From: an uncultured bacterium | GTDB taxonomy: Bacteria; Babelota; Babeliae; Babelales; Babelaceae | Length of the DNA stretch: 64,000 bases | Assembly (NCBI GenBank): GCA_963722385.1 | Contig: CAVRKK010000002.1 | Location: 672,001 to 736,000 of the forward strand | Direction: 5' to 3' | Shown: piece by piece, positions 47,107 through 57,112 of the stretch | Numbering within the stretch: position 1 is the stretch's first letter | Layout of the letters: each line of letters begins with the position of its first letter | Translations under genes and position numbers: made by a program | The notes under the pieces: model-generated | Told to the model about the DNA's origin: nothing | Database searches by the model: none | Seen by the model: only the letters and a program-made list of their open reading frames with translations

Positions 47107-48429
47107 CTAAAATTCTGATGCATCATCGCAAAAGACAATAAATTGTCTGGCCCTTGCCGCAGGCCAGGCCCATTGGCTATCCTGTAAAACATCGTTTTCA
47201 TCCCAACTGAGCACACTGCTTGTATAACGCGTTGGCGCTATATTGAGGGTACTCTTTTTTGGGTAACGAACCAACCTAAAACCAACCGTTTTCCCCTTGC
47301 TGTCCTCAAATACGATAGGTCTGAAGAGTCCTTTATAATGACCAGGTACCCGTGAGGTTTCATAAGAGCCGCCGAATAAAAGTTGTGCATTTACCTCGGC
47401 ATACCAATCTGAGGGAGCAAGCCCTACCTGATCTCGGGTAAACTGCCATACGTTGCCCAGAAGGTCCCATATTCGTCTGTTACCTAAGAACCAAAAAGCA
47501 CCGCTCGTAACGGCATGAGTTTGGTCGTTTGTAGCAGGTGCTTCACTGGGTAAAGAATCATATGATTTGCCCGAACTGGCATATAAAAAAGCTTCTAATT
47601 CTCGTACTGAGGGAAGGGCATAGGTATACGCTGTATCTTTTTTATTAAGCTTTTCTATAAATTTTTGGATTTCAGCATAAGAAACATTTTCTACGGGAAA
47701 ATCAGTGCATATACTACCGGGAAGAGCAAGGGGGCGTGCTCTTACTCCCATGGGTCCCGTAACGCCGCGTGGTCCTGTTCGACTACTCGGTATTATTCTC
47801 CAACGCGTCTTGAATCTAATTGGCGGGTTTTCGGTAAATACAACACTCTTAGATTGAATGCCATCAGAAAAAAATGCAGGGTTATATCCCATTACTTCGA
47901 ACCACTGTGCTTGTGTTACCGGAGTTTTTTGTAATTCTATACCGGCTTCAATATCAAAAGATTTTTGGTCAAGCTTGCTCACATAATGGCCATCGGGAAT
48001 GGTCACAAAATCTAAAGAAACCTCTATGTCTTTGACGTCCTCATGTGCTTCTTGTTGGATTTGAGTTTGGTGTTTAAGCTCTTCGATCTTTTGAGCCACC
48101 CAGCTTTTTACTTTGGTAATATCGCAGTGGTCGGTGAATTGCTTATGGCTTATTACTTCTTCAAACTGTTTTGAGTACATAAAAGCGGTATGGGATGATG
48201 CCGCTTCAGCCGGATCAATTGGATTAATGAGCTTGTCTTTTCCCAATATCCGCTCAAGGTGCTTTAAGTCAATGATATTTTTGTTAAGTAAGTCATCAAG
48301 AAAAGCTATGAACATGCTTGTCGTTTTGTCGGTTATCTCCCTTGTGCCGTTGCTGGCAGAGTCAGAACGCAAGCAAGCAGGATGAATGAGCAGCGTTAAA
48401 AGAGCAAGCGTGAGCGATATTTTGTTCAT
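47107..48429 (-). CDS. exported protein with FGE-sulfatase (SUMF1)-like domain
   Basis: TPVTQAQW..VMGYNP, PVENVS, LPS..E.E, DLLGNVWQ, GGSY and GFRLV. Confidence 0.8.
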   Translation of the reverse strand: MNKISLTLALLTLLIHPACLRSDSASNGTREITDKTTSMFIAFLDDLLNKNIIDLKHLERILGKDKLINPIDPAEAASSHTAFMYSKQFEEVISHKQFTDHCDITKVKSWVAQKIEELKHQTQIQQEAHEDVKDIEVSLDFVTIPDGHYVSKLDQKSFDIEAGIELQKTPVTQAQWFEVMGYNPAFFSDGIQSKSVVFTENPPIRFKTRWRIIPSSRTGPRGVTGPMGVRARPLALPGSICTDFPVENVSYAEIQKFIEKLNKKDTAYTYALPSVRELEAFLYASSGKSYDSLPSEAPATNDQTHAVTSGAFWFLGNRRIWDLLGNVWQFTRDQVGLAPSDWYAEVNAQLLFGGSYETSRVPGHYKGLFRPIVFEDSKGKTVGFRLVRYPKKSTLNIAPTRYTSSVLSWDENDVLQDSQWAWPAARARQFIVFCDDASEF

Positions 48430-48446
48430 AGCTTTTCCCGTATTAG

Positions 48447-49433
48447 TTATGAAACCTGCTCGAAGATTTTCTTAATGCTGCTTACCGAGCCCAGGAGCGC
48501 CGTGGCTTCATAAGGTACGATAATAAGCTTATTATCTTTGCCTTCTGCCAATTGTGGCATCATGCGTAGGTACTGAAGCGCAATAAGATAGGCAGCTGGG
48601 TCTTGCTGTGGCAAAGCTCGTGCCAAAAGTTCGAGTGCTTGTGCTTCTGCGTTGGCCGAACGTAACCGTGCTTCTGCCTCGCCCTCGGCAATGATCGCCT
48701 TGGCTTCGGCAATGCCTTGTGCTTCAAAAACGCGCGATTCTTTATCACCTTCTGCCCGCAGAATGGATGCACGCTTGGCGCCTTCCGCTTCCAAAATTAC
48801 GGCGCGGCGGTCACGCTCTGCCCGCATCTGCTTTTCCATGGCCTGACGAATATCAGCTGGTGGATTAACCTCTTGAAGCTCGACACGGGTAACCTTTACG
48901 CCCCACTTATCGGCCGCTTCATCAAGTGTTGCACGTAAGCGTGAATTAATCTGATCCCGCGATACAAGCGTCTCATCAAGGTCCATGGAGCCAATTAAGT
49001 TACGCAGCGTTGTTTGTGCTAATTTTTCTATGGCTTCTGGCAAGTTGTATACTTCGTATACGGCAGCACGGGGATCGGTGATCTGATAGTACACAAATGC
49101 GTTAATCTCAGTGGTAACGTTATCCTTGGTAATAACTTTTTGCTTAGGAAAATCATACACCGCTTCCCGTAAGTCAATGCGCTCAACAACCTTAGTAAAG
49201 CGATGATAGCGCGCGCCCTCAATCTCTTTAACATGTGTCCACATAACGCGCCGCGGGGCCTCAATAAAAGGTATAACGATATGGAGTCCAGGGCCCAGCG
49301 TTCGCTCATAGCGCCCTAAGCGCTCAATAATAATAATTTCAGCCTGTTGTACTAAATAGATCGACTTAATGAGATAGATTAAAACTAAAAGCCCGAATAA
49401 TCCACCAAAAATAAGCCCTAGAGGAAATAGCAT
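48447..49433 (-). CDS. SPFH/band 7 (QmcA-like) membrane protein
   Basis: ERLGRY..TL.PGL, VITKDNV, WGVKVTRVE and MEKQMRAERDRRA. Confidence 0.95.
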   Translation of the reverse strand: MLFPLGLIFGGLFGLLVLIYLIKSIYLVQQAEIIIIERLGRYERTLGPGLHIVIPFIEAPRRVMWTHVKEIEGARYHRFTKVVERIDLREAVYDFPKQKVITKDNVTTEINAFVYYQITDPRAAVYEVYNLPEAIEKLAQTTLRNLIGSMDLDETLVSRDQINSRLRATLDEAADKWGVKVTRVELQEVNPPADIRQAMEKQMRAERDRRAVILEAEGAKRASILRAEGDKESRVFEAQGIAEAKAIIAEGEAEARLRSANAEAQALELLARALPQQDPAAYLIALQYLRMMPQLAEGKDNKLIIVPYEATALLGSVSSIKKIFEQVS

Positions 49434-49443
49434 AGTGGCCCTT

Positions 49444-49887
49444 TCATAATGATGTAAGTTCTTTAACAACAAGGTGACAGCCTTGAACAGCAACGATTTC
49501 AACCATAACCCCTTCATGTATTACTCCCTCATGCAACCCATAGGCAGTCCAGGTCTCGCCCCGTATTTTAACCAAGCCCGATTCGATACGCCCTTGAATT
49601 GGCTTCATGACAAGAGCATGTTTGCCTATAAGAGCAGCCGTATTAGTTGGCAAGATCCGTGCTTCTTGCACGCGAGCAATCCACCAGCGCGAAAAAATGA
49701 TACCAATGAGCGTTACCCCGACGAAAAGCGCACTCTGCGCCTGGCCATTCATGCCATACCATGCCGCGCAAGCCCCCGCAAGCGCACCGGCGGTACCAGC
49801 AAGCCCAAACACAAACCCAGGGGTAATGAGCTCAACCAAGGCAGCAACAACGGCGGCAACAAGCCATAAGAGAATTATGTTGTCCAT
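49444..49887 (-). CDS. NfeD-like (YbbJ) membrane protein
   Basis: TM helices plus an OB domain (LIGKHALV...G.VKIRGETWTA). Sits upstream of the SPFH gene. Confidence 0.9.
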   Translation of the reverse strand: MDNIILLWLVAAVVAALVELITPGFVFGLAGTAGALAGACAAWYGMNGQAQSALFVGVTLIGIIFSRWWIARVQEARILPTNTAALIGKHALVMKPIQGRIESGLVKIRGETWTAYGLHEGVIHEGVMVEIVAVQGCHLVVKELTSL

Positions 49888-50260
49888 AACTAATTACTTT
49901 CTTGTTTTTGTCTATCAGTATGCCATAATCGTAAGAAGTGGCAAATCGATATTTCTATTGATAAATAAAGAAATTTTAAGAACGGGGCAGCGTGCATACC
50001 AGATCCATGCGGAATCTAACCCATAGGGGCAAAATTTACGAGACTTGCCTTCTAATGACGACCAAAATGTATTATAATGGAGAAAAGTCACGGCTTTTCT
50101 CCATTTGGCTGAGGTTTCGTCGCATCTTTTGAGAGCCGAGAAGTTTTTATCGGAATTATTTTTATAGCCATGTGCTTTAGCTGCCCTCGATGACATTTTT
50201 CTTGCTTTCGTGTATACTAGCTTGTAAAATCGCTTAAAATCGGGTGGGTTATTATCACTT

Positions 50261-50734
50261 ATGACGCGAAAAAAAAGCAAAGGTTACTTTTCTATCTCTG
50301 CTGTAGCTAAAATGTTCTCGGTACACCAACAGACAATTAGGATGTACGAAAAAGAGGGGCTTGTTTCTCCCAAGCGCTCAGAGGGGAACACCCGGCTTTT
50401 TTCTGAGGAGGACATTAACCGTCTGGAAGAGATTATTTATTTAACCCACACGCTCGGCATTAATTTGGCAGGAGTAGAAATGATATTAAAGCTTAAAAAA
50501 CATATCAAAAAGCTCCAAAAAGAGATGAATGAGCTCTTTAAGCATGCTCATCAGGAGCTTGATAAAGAAGCCGAAACCGCTAAAGTGCTTATTGAAAAGA
50601 GCTCACAAGGTCTGATTGCCCTCAAGCAGGGACGGGAAGCAACGCCTGCATTGATCGATTCGGAGAAAAAGCATGACTTGGTGGTTTCACCCTTGGTCAT
50701 GATAAAACCATCGCCAAAAAAGATTGTACGGTGA
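50261..50734 (+). CDS. hspR: MerR-family heat-shock repressor (HspR-like)
   Basis: FSISAVAKMFSVHQQTIRMYEKEGL..P.RSEGNTRLFS and LGINLAGVEMIL. Upstream of htpX. Confidence 0.8.
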   Translation: MTRKKSKGYFSISAVAKMFSVHQQTIRMYEKEGLVSPKRSEGNTRLFSEEDINRLEEIIYLTHTLGINLAGVEMILKLKKHIKKLQKEMNELFKHAHQELDKEAETAKVLIEKSSQGLIALKQGREATPALIDSEKKHDLVVSPLVMIKPSPKKIVR

Positions 50735-50737
50735 CCT

Positions 50738-51622
50738 ATGTGGAAAAATCAATTCAAAACGGCCGTTTTACTCGCTACAATGAGCGGATTACTCATGTTT
50801 ATGGGAAGTCTTATTGGTGGTGCAAAAGGTGTTACTATTGCCTTTATCATTTCTCTTGTAATGAACCTCATTACCTATTTTTATTCAGATAAGATCGTAC
50901 TGGCGCTTTATCGGGCACGCCCGCTTGATCAAAATCAATATCCGGATATCTACGAGATGGTCTCTGGGCTTGCCCAACAGATGGGGCTGCCTATGCCCAA
51001 GTTATGGATTATTGATACGCCGATGGCTAATGCGTTTGCTACCGGGCGTAATCCAAGTCATGCCTCGGTGGCGGTAACAACGGGGATCTTGCAAATCCTT
51101 GAGCCTCATGAGCTGCGCGGGGTACTTGCCCATGAATTGAGCCACGTCAAAAATAGAGATATTTTAATAAGTACCGTTGCTGCGACGCTTGCTACCGCGA
51201 TTGGTTATTTTGCCACCATGTTGCGCTACAGTGCTTTTTTGCAGACAACGAGCAGTAATGACAAAAGGCAATCCAATAACCCCTTGTTTCTTTTTGTGGC
51301 GGCAATTCTTATGCCATTGGCCGCCTCGCTGATTCAGCTGGCTATATCTCGTTCACGTGAGTATTTGGCCGATGAGTCAGGTGCGCATATAAGCAATGAT
51401 CCGCTTGCCCTTGCTTCTGCCCTTAAAAAAATAGAAAGCAATGTTGCGGTGGCCCATTTGAGAAATGATGATGTCGCCCATGCTTCCACGGCGCCGCTTT
51501 TTATCATCCATCCCTTTCTTGGCAAAGGTATTATGAACCTTTTTATGACGCATCCTCCAACACAGAGTAGAATTAAGCGGTTACAAGAAATATATCAAGA
51601 AATTAACTCACCAAAAAGATAA
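50738..51622 (+). CDS. htpX: zinc metalloprotease HtpX
   Basis: NAFATGRNP, HELSH, SRSREYLAD and THPP. Confidence 0.95.
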   Translation: MWKNQFKTAVLLATMSGLLMFMGSLIGGAKGVTIAFIISLVMNLITYFYSDKIVLALYRARPLDQNQYPDIYEMVSGLAQQMGLPMPKLWIIDTPMANAFATGRNPSHASVAVTTGILQILEPHELRGVLAHELSHVKNRDILISTVAATLATAIGYFATMLRYSAFLQTTSSNDKRQSNNPLFLFVAAILMPLAASLIQLAISRSREYLADESGAHISNDPLALASALKKIESNVAVAHLRNDDVAHASTAPLFIIHPFLGKGIMNLFMTHPPTQSRIKRLQEIYQEINSPKR

Positions 51623-51646
51623 CGTAGTATTCAGCAGGGAGCTCTC

Positions 51647-52096
51647 ATGATCAACGAAGAAGGACCTTTTGAGCGCTGCCAGTTTGTGCTTTCAGCAGAG
51701 CTTCTCAAGCTGCTTGAGTGGCTTATTGATTTTGAACAAGATAGCTTAAAGAAGCTCATTAAGCGCGCAATTCAGCATGGCTTTATAAAGCAAGGGCTCC
51801 GTTATAGCGCAAACAGTAATCCAGAGGCGCTCCAGCAGAGCATAATCGATTTTTTTACCATTATCGACATCATATTGCACGAATCAATCAATGAAGACGA
51901 TGTGCGCCAAGCCCTAAAGCATGATTTGATCCCAGCGCTCAATAATTTTGATACCAACCCCTATGACTCATCAAGCGTGGCTATGAGTATACATAAAGCA
52001 ACAGCAAAAACGCACAAAGGGAAAGACCCTAAAGATGTGCTTTGCCAAGAGTTGCTCAAGCGCTGGAAGCCTGATAAGCAGTCAACTATCCATTGA
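51647..52096 (+). CDS. hypothetical protein
   Basis: 149-aa ORF with a GGGAG SD, co-oriented with htpX. Confidence 0.7.
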   Translation: MINEEGPFERCQFVLSAELLKLLEWLIDFEQDSLKKLIKRAIQHGFIKQGLRYSANSNPEALQQSIIDFFTIIDIILHESINEDDVRQALKHDLIPALNNFDTNPYDSSSVAMSIHKATAKTHKGKDPKDVLCQELLKRWKPDKQSTIH

Positions 52097-52220
52097 TGGA
52101 ATAGAACTCGCCCCTTTAAAAAAGCCCTGGTAAAGGCTTTTTCTTGAGAATTTGCTGTGGGTATTGCAATTTGCAATTACCCTGCAGTAAAGTAAGAAAA
52201 GAATTAAAAAGGGGGGGCAA

Positions 52221-52418
52221 ATGAAAAAATCGCTCATTGTCTTTTTAGGGATTAGCCTCGTATTAGACTATTACGTCAGCCGTTCTCTCAAAGGGCAATG
52301 TAAGACACTTATAGCGGAAAAGCCGTTTGCAAATACTAAAGCGCAGGCATCTCGGTCGCGTATGGCAAGTGCTTTGGACTCCCAGAGGGCGAGCATATTG
52401 CCAGCGGGCGCTTCTTAA
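52221..52418 (+). CDS. small hypothetical membrane/exported protein
   Basis: G-rich SD and a hydrophobic N-terminus. Short, so uncertain. Confidence 0.45.
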   Translation: MKKSLIVFLGISLVLDYYVSRSLKGQCKTLIAEKPFANTKAQASRSRMASALDSQRASILPAGAS

Positions 52419-52444
52419 AGCAGGGAGATAGAGGTATACAAAAG

Positions 52445-52723
52445 CTAGGCGATGAGGCGAAACACGCCCCGGTAATCCTTATCTTTGACAAAGGGCTCAA
52501 CTTCAACATCCAAGGGCTTTTTTGCGGTGTCCTGCTTATAAAAAAAGTCGACAAACGCTTCAATATTTTCTTTTGAGCCACAGGCTACAATTTTGATGGT
52601 GTCAGTGCCGACAGCTTGCATAAGGCCTTCAAGCGACAAGGCCTGGGCTTGTTTTTGTACCGTTTCGGTAAAAGTTTTGGTTATCTTAAGTGTGCACGTA
52701 ATTTTGATACATTTATTCATCAC
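52445..52723 (-). CDS. acylphosphatase-like fold protein (degenerate)
   Basis: Size and A..LSLEG.....DTIKIVACG pattern. The catalytic GVGFR/N residues are absent. Confidence 0.55.
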   Translation of the reverse strand: MMNKCIKITCTLKITKTFTETVQKQAQALSLEGLMQAVGTDTIKIVACGSKENIEAFVDFFYKQDTAKKPLDVEVEPFVKDKDYRGVFRLIA

Positions 52724-52799
52724 TTCTCCTAGTGGTAGCTGTTTGGTTATCCCTCATTCGCATGAAGGTACCAAATCCCCTTCTCTTCTGTCAAACACG

Positions 52800-54848
52800 T
52801 TATCCTAAATTGGCAGGGCATTGCCAATCAAACATCTTAGCCGTAATCCCAAATTTGCCCGCGAGTGATTTGAGAACGAGAGGTGCTTTTTTCATAAATT
52901 CCTCGCCGGTGCCATAGGGACCAAATAAGTCATGTTCATTTTTTACATAATCATTAATTATGGTCCCTGGGGTTTTTGCAAGGTTGAGCCACCCTAAAAT
53001 ATACTGGTAAAGGCGTGTTGCGTGATTCAACTCTTCAGGGTCAACCGGTCCTACTAAGAGATGCTGAGCTTCTTTAAAGAGTAAATCGATGCTGAAGAAA
53101 GCGTTCTCATGCTCGATATCTTTGAGATCGGCAAAATGGTAAGCATGAGCAAGGAAGACCATCAGAGCATCACTAAAATACTCCAGCTCAATAGTATCTT
53201 CACTCTGATGCTGTGCTAGTGGGGGCTTCAGCATAATTTTCAGGAGCTCGTAAATTTTTTGCGCATATGATGTGTCGCTCATGCGGGGCGATCTAAATAC
53301 AAGGTTCTCCGCTTCCGTTACCAAACAGGTGAGCAGATGTTCATATTCTGTTGTTGAATGTATCGCGGCAACCTTACTCAGCGGCTGATCCGTGAGGTTT
53401 TTAAGCTCGGGGCACGGCTTGCAAAGACTGGTGCCTATTTTCGGCATCCATTGCGCAACCAAGTTATTGAGCTTATGGCGATATTCTTTCGTTTGTGCGC
53501 CTGACAAGAATGTATAGCGGTAGATCTTAACGCCGCTTTGCGGGTTAAGCATGAAGTCGTTCGTCAAAAGTATACGTCCTTGTATTTTATTAATGTTGGA
53601 CCAACCGACTGCTTGCGGGTTTTTTCGATAGATGTCGAGGTACGTTTTTACGTCGAGATTCTGCGGTTCGAGCTTTTCTAGAGTTTCCGTTTGCTCGTTT
53701 TTAAGCGTAATGGGGTATATTTTGTATTCATAAGCAAGCGATAAGCACTGTTCCCAGAGCTTGGTCTGCTCTTGGCAATTAAGAGGAGCGCCGTATGGGT
53801 ATGATAAATATACGTAATCATTAACTTTGTCGGGCGGTATAAATATTTGTAATAGGTTGCCTTCTGGTACATTAAAATATTGCTTGTAAAGAAGGGCCAG
53901 CTCGTTAATAAACTCTTGGGGCAATTGGCCCGGCATCAATTTGTTTAAAAAACTGCGAATTATCGAGGGGTACTCTATACCAAAAACGGGTGATTCGCTA
54001 TGGCTTTCTAAAAAATAGTATTCGAGGGTAGACTCGCCTTCATCGGCAGCAGCAAACAGAGAAAAATTTACTGAAAGGAGTAGGTTGCGTATAGCAGCTC
54101 GGTCGTCTGAATCAAATCCTAGTCGTAGCACATCAGCCAGCGTAGCGTCATAGAGAGATTTTCCCGGGATTCTCAGGTAAGCAAATGCTGGGTTAGGCGC
54201 GGCCTGGGAGGCATACGTACGCAAGGCATTATCAAGGTCATAGAGGAAAGCAAATATATTATCTTGGCCATGATAAAAGACAAACATGTCTTTATTTCTT
54301 CGCTCTTGGTTGATGATGCGAGAGATAAAATCTACCATACGTGGCTTGTTAAATTGTTCGCGATAAAAGGGAAACGTATGAGCAAAGGCCTCAGTTTGGG
54401 TAAGATTTTTGAGATCCTGTGGCTTAAGAAGTACGTCGAGTTTCTGTTTGGCCGTTTTTTCAGGCCAGGGCACATCATGTATCTTAAGGGGTACGGCTTG
54501 CTGACTTAAGCCAAAAGTCACTTGTAGGGTTTCAAGTAATCGTTCGATGATAACAATATTAGCCTCCTCGAGATCATCGAAATCTAAAATTTCTGTGGGA
54601 TTATCAAGATAAAGCTCGATCAGCAAAGAAATTCGGGTACAAAGATCACCGGCTTCTTTTTTGGTTGTTTCATTTACCGATTGTGCCAATAAATGTTGGG
54701 CCTCTCTGATGAGTACCCTTACTTTTTTATCGAATTCTTCGGGCGTGGCGAGCGCCATGTCTTTGCTCATGATGGTATCGGCGAGGAACGCACCGTAATT
54801 GTTCGCGATGATCGAGAGAGTGATTATTACAAAAAATATTTTTTTCAT
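52800..54848 (-). CDS. large exported hypothetical protein (candidate effector)
   Basis: 682 aa with a signal peptide and an AAGGA SD. Internal repeat EAQHLL/EAENLV. Confidence 0.8.
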   Translation of the reverse strand: MKKIFFVIITLSIIANNYGAFLADTIMSKDMALATPEEFDKKVRVLIREAQHLLAQSVNETTKKEAGDLCTRISLLIELYLDNPTEILDFDDLEEANIVIIERLLETLQVTFGLSQQAVPLKIHDVPWPEKTAKQKLDVLLKPQDLKNLTQTEAFAHTFPFYREQFNKPRMVDFISRIINQERRNKDMFVFYHGQDNIFAFLYDLDNALRTYASQAAPNPAFAYLRIPGKSLYDATLADVLRLGFDSDDRAAIRNLLLSVNFSLFAAADEGESTLEYYFLESHSESPVFGIEYPSIIRSFLNKLMPGQLPQEFINELALLYKQYFNVPEGNLLQIFIPPDKVNDYVYLSYPYGAPLNCQEQTKLWEQCLSLAYEYKIYPITLKNEQTETLEKLEPQNLDVKTYLDIYRKNPQAVGWSNINKIQGRILLTNDFMLNPQSGVKIYRYTFLSGAQTKEYRHKLNNLVAQWMPKIGTSLCKPCPELKNLTDQPLSKVAAIHSTTEYEHLLTCLVTEAENLVFRSPRMSDTSYAQKIYELLKIMLKPPLAQHQSEDTIELEYFSDALMVFLAHAYHFADLKDIEHENAFFSIDLLFKEAQHLLVGPVDPEELNHATRLYQYILGWLNLAKTPGTIINDYVKNEHDLFGPYGTGEEFMKKAPLVLKSLAGKFGITAKMFDWQCPANLG

Positions 54849-54877
54849 GGTTTTCCTTTAATAACTACTTGAATTAC

Positions 54878-54907
54878 ATTATAGTTAATAATTTTATTTA
54901 TTGTCAA
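54878..54907 (-). promoter_or_regulatory. consensus sigma70 promoter
   Basis: TTGACA-N18-TATAAT on the minus strand, about 30 nt upstream of ATG 54848. Confidence 0.7.
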
Positions 54908-55013
54908 TATTAGAAAATATTGGGCAAGTTTTATGAGTATTCGGCAAAAAGAGCGCCACGTGGTATAATAAAAAGCACATTACGGTCCATTATGGCCAAC
55001 CAAGGTATGTTTC

Positions 55014-56456
55014 ATGAAACACGAGATTGTGAGAGTTCGTTTTGCCCCATCGCCGACGGGTTTTATGCATTTGGGAAATGTTCGTGCCGCGCTTATGAAC
55101 TTTCTTTTTGCACGCCAGCGTGGTGGTACTTTTATTCTCCGGCTTGAGGATACGGATCCTGCGAGAAACGTTGATCCGGGTGGCAAGCATATCATGGCTG
55201 ATTTAGCGTGGCTGCAGCTTGCCTATGACGAGGGTCCTGGTGTTGGAGGACCCTATGCGCCCTATGCACAATCGCAGCGAACTCCTATTTACCAAGAATA
55301 TCTTGTCCTTTTGCAAGCAAAAAACTTAGTGTACCCATGCTTTTGTTCGACTGAGGAGCTTGAAAAAAAACGTGAGCGGCAGCGGGTTCTCAAGTTGCCA
55401 CCGCGCTATGACCGGGCATGCTTACGGCTTACTGAGTCGGAAAGAGCGGCGCTCTTGCAGAAAAATACACCCTTTATTTGGCGCTTTAAGCTGAGCACTG
55501 GCACGGTTGCCGTAGAGGATATGGGGCGCGGCGTCTTAACCTATGATCTCAAGCATTTTTCTGATTTTCCCCTTTCGCGTCAAGATGGTAGCTTTACGTT
55601 TATTTTTGCCAATTTTGTCGATGATCTTATTATGAAAATAACCCATATTATACGCGGTGAAGATCATCTTAGTAATACAGCTCTTCAGGCGGCTCTTTAT
55701 GAAGCCCTTGACCAGCCGGTTCCTCTTTTTTGGCACTTGCCCACTATTTGCAATAACGAGGGGAAAAAGCTTTCGAAGCGGGATTTTGGATTTTCTCTTA
55801 CTGATCTGCACCAGGCAGGTTTCTTGCCTGAGGCCATTGACAACTATTTAGCAATTATTGGCGGGTCATTTGAGCATGAGATTATGAGTTTGGCGGAACT
55901 TATAAGCATATTTAATTTTAATAACTTAGCATCGAGTGGGCCAATTAAGTATGATCTTGAAAAATTACGCTGGGTTAATCATAAGTGGCTTGAGCGGTTG
56001 GCCATCGATGATCTGGCAAGCCGTTGTCGGCCGTATCTTATACACGCGTATCCTGCTGTTGAATCGCTCGATTATCAAGTTCTTGAGCAGCTTATAGCGA
56101 TGGTAAGGACAGAGGTCATGGTCATGCACGATATTGTGCCAGCTCTTGCCTTTTATTTCAAGCAGCCGCAGCTTGTGCCGGAGCACCTAAAAGACGTAAA
56201 GCCGGTGATAGCAGAAATTATTGCTCAATGCCTCCAACATGCGGGCCCTGTTTTTAGTGGCGAGCATTTTCTTGAGTTTATTAAGAAAGCTGCCCAAGAA
56301 GCGGGTCTTGCGACCAAAGAGATCTTCTCGGCCTTGCGGCTTGCGCTTACCGGCGGGCAGCGGGGGCCAGGCATCAAAGAGTTGCTCGTTGTTCTTCCTG
56401 CCGAAGAGGCTTATGGGAGATTGAGTCAGTTCGTTAATCAAGTTCGTGGGAAATAA
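55014..56456 (+). CDS. gltX: glutamate--tRNA ligase
   Basis: RFAPSPTGFMHLGN, LRLEDTD, IIRGEDH and KLSKR. Confidence 0.97.
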   Translation: MKHEIVRVRFAPSPTGFMHLGNVRAALMNFLFARQRGGTFILRLEDTDPARNVDPGGKHIMADLAWLQLAYDEGPGVGGPYAPYAQSQRTPIYQEYLVLLQAKNLVYPCFCSTEELEKKRERQRVLKLPPRYDRACLRLTESERAALLQKNTPFIWRFKLSTGTVAVEDMGRGVLTYDLKHFSDFPLSRQDGSFTFIFANFVDDLIMKITHIIRGEDHLSNTALQAALYEALDQPVPLFWHLPTICNNEGKKLSKRDFGFSLTDLHQAGFLPEAIDNYLAIIGGSFEHEIMSLAELISIFNFNNLASSGPIKYDLEKLRWVNHKWLERLAIDDLASRCRPYLIHAYPAVESLDYQVLEQLIAMVRTEVMVMHDIVPALAFYFKQPQLVPEHLKDVKPVIAEIIAQCLQHAGPVFSGEHFLEFIKKAAQEAGLATKEIFSALRLALTGGQRGPGIKELLVVLPAEEAYGRLSQFVNQVRGK

Positions 56457-56520
56457 ATAAAGAGCAAGTGTTTTCGGTTTGCAAACGGGGCAAATTAAAT
56501 ATAGCAAGCAATAGAACAGT

Positions 56521-57096
56521 AACCGCCTCCGCGGCGCATACGGCAGGCGCATAACTGAACAAGAGATTCCGGAACAATCAGCCTTAAAAAAGAAAATTAG
56601 CTTGTTGCTCAACGAATATGCCTGCGCGGCGGTGCGGCAAGCGGGGTTCGCGCAACCTACGCCAATCGCCTTCTTTCGAAGGCTGCTCCGGACAAAACAT
56701 GCGTTACTTCGCATGTTTATGTCCTATGCAACCTGTGCGCCGCTTTCCCCGGCCCCTTCCGCCTACGTTTTTCGCTCTTCTTTAGAAGAGCTACTTCGGA
56801 CAAATTAGGCGCTACTCCGCCTAATTCTGTCCTTGCATCCCAGAAGGATGCGCCGGGCCACTACGGAGGGCCTCATCAGACTTTTATTTATTAAGGGTTT
56901 GGATAAAGAGATTACAGCAAAACAAAAAATCTATTCTCCGTTAGGAGAATTGCGTTTGCCGAAATCATGCGCCCCGCATGGTTATGGCACGAGAAGAGAA
57001 AGAAAAACTGCTTGCGCTACTACGCATATTGGTGTGGGTGCAGGGCCGCTGCCCTGCTGCCCGCGGCATAGGCGCCCCAGCTGGGTAGGCGATATT
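56521..57096 (-). repeat. structured intergenic element, copy 5 (subtype A, reverse orientation)
   Basis: Its reverse complement matches 29314-29916 over most of the length, including the extra end module. Confidence 0.92.
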
Positions 57097-57112
57097 TATT
57101 CTATTCTTTAGT

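Noticed and set aside
49890..50260. Expected HspR operator (HAIR, CTTGAGT-N7-ACTCAAG) upstream of hspR-htpX
   Set aside because: I found no convincing match by eye.
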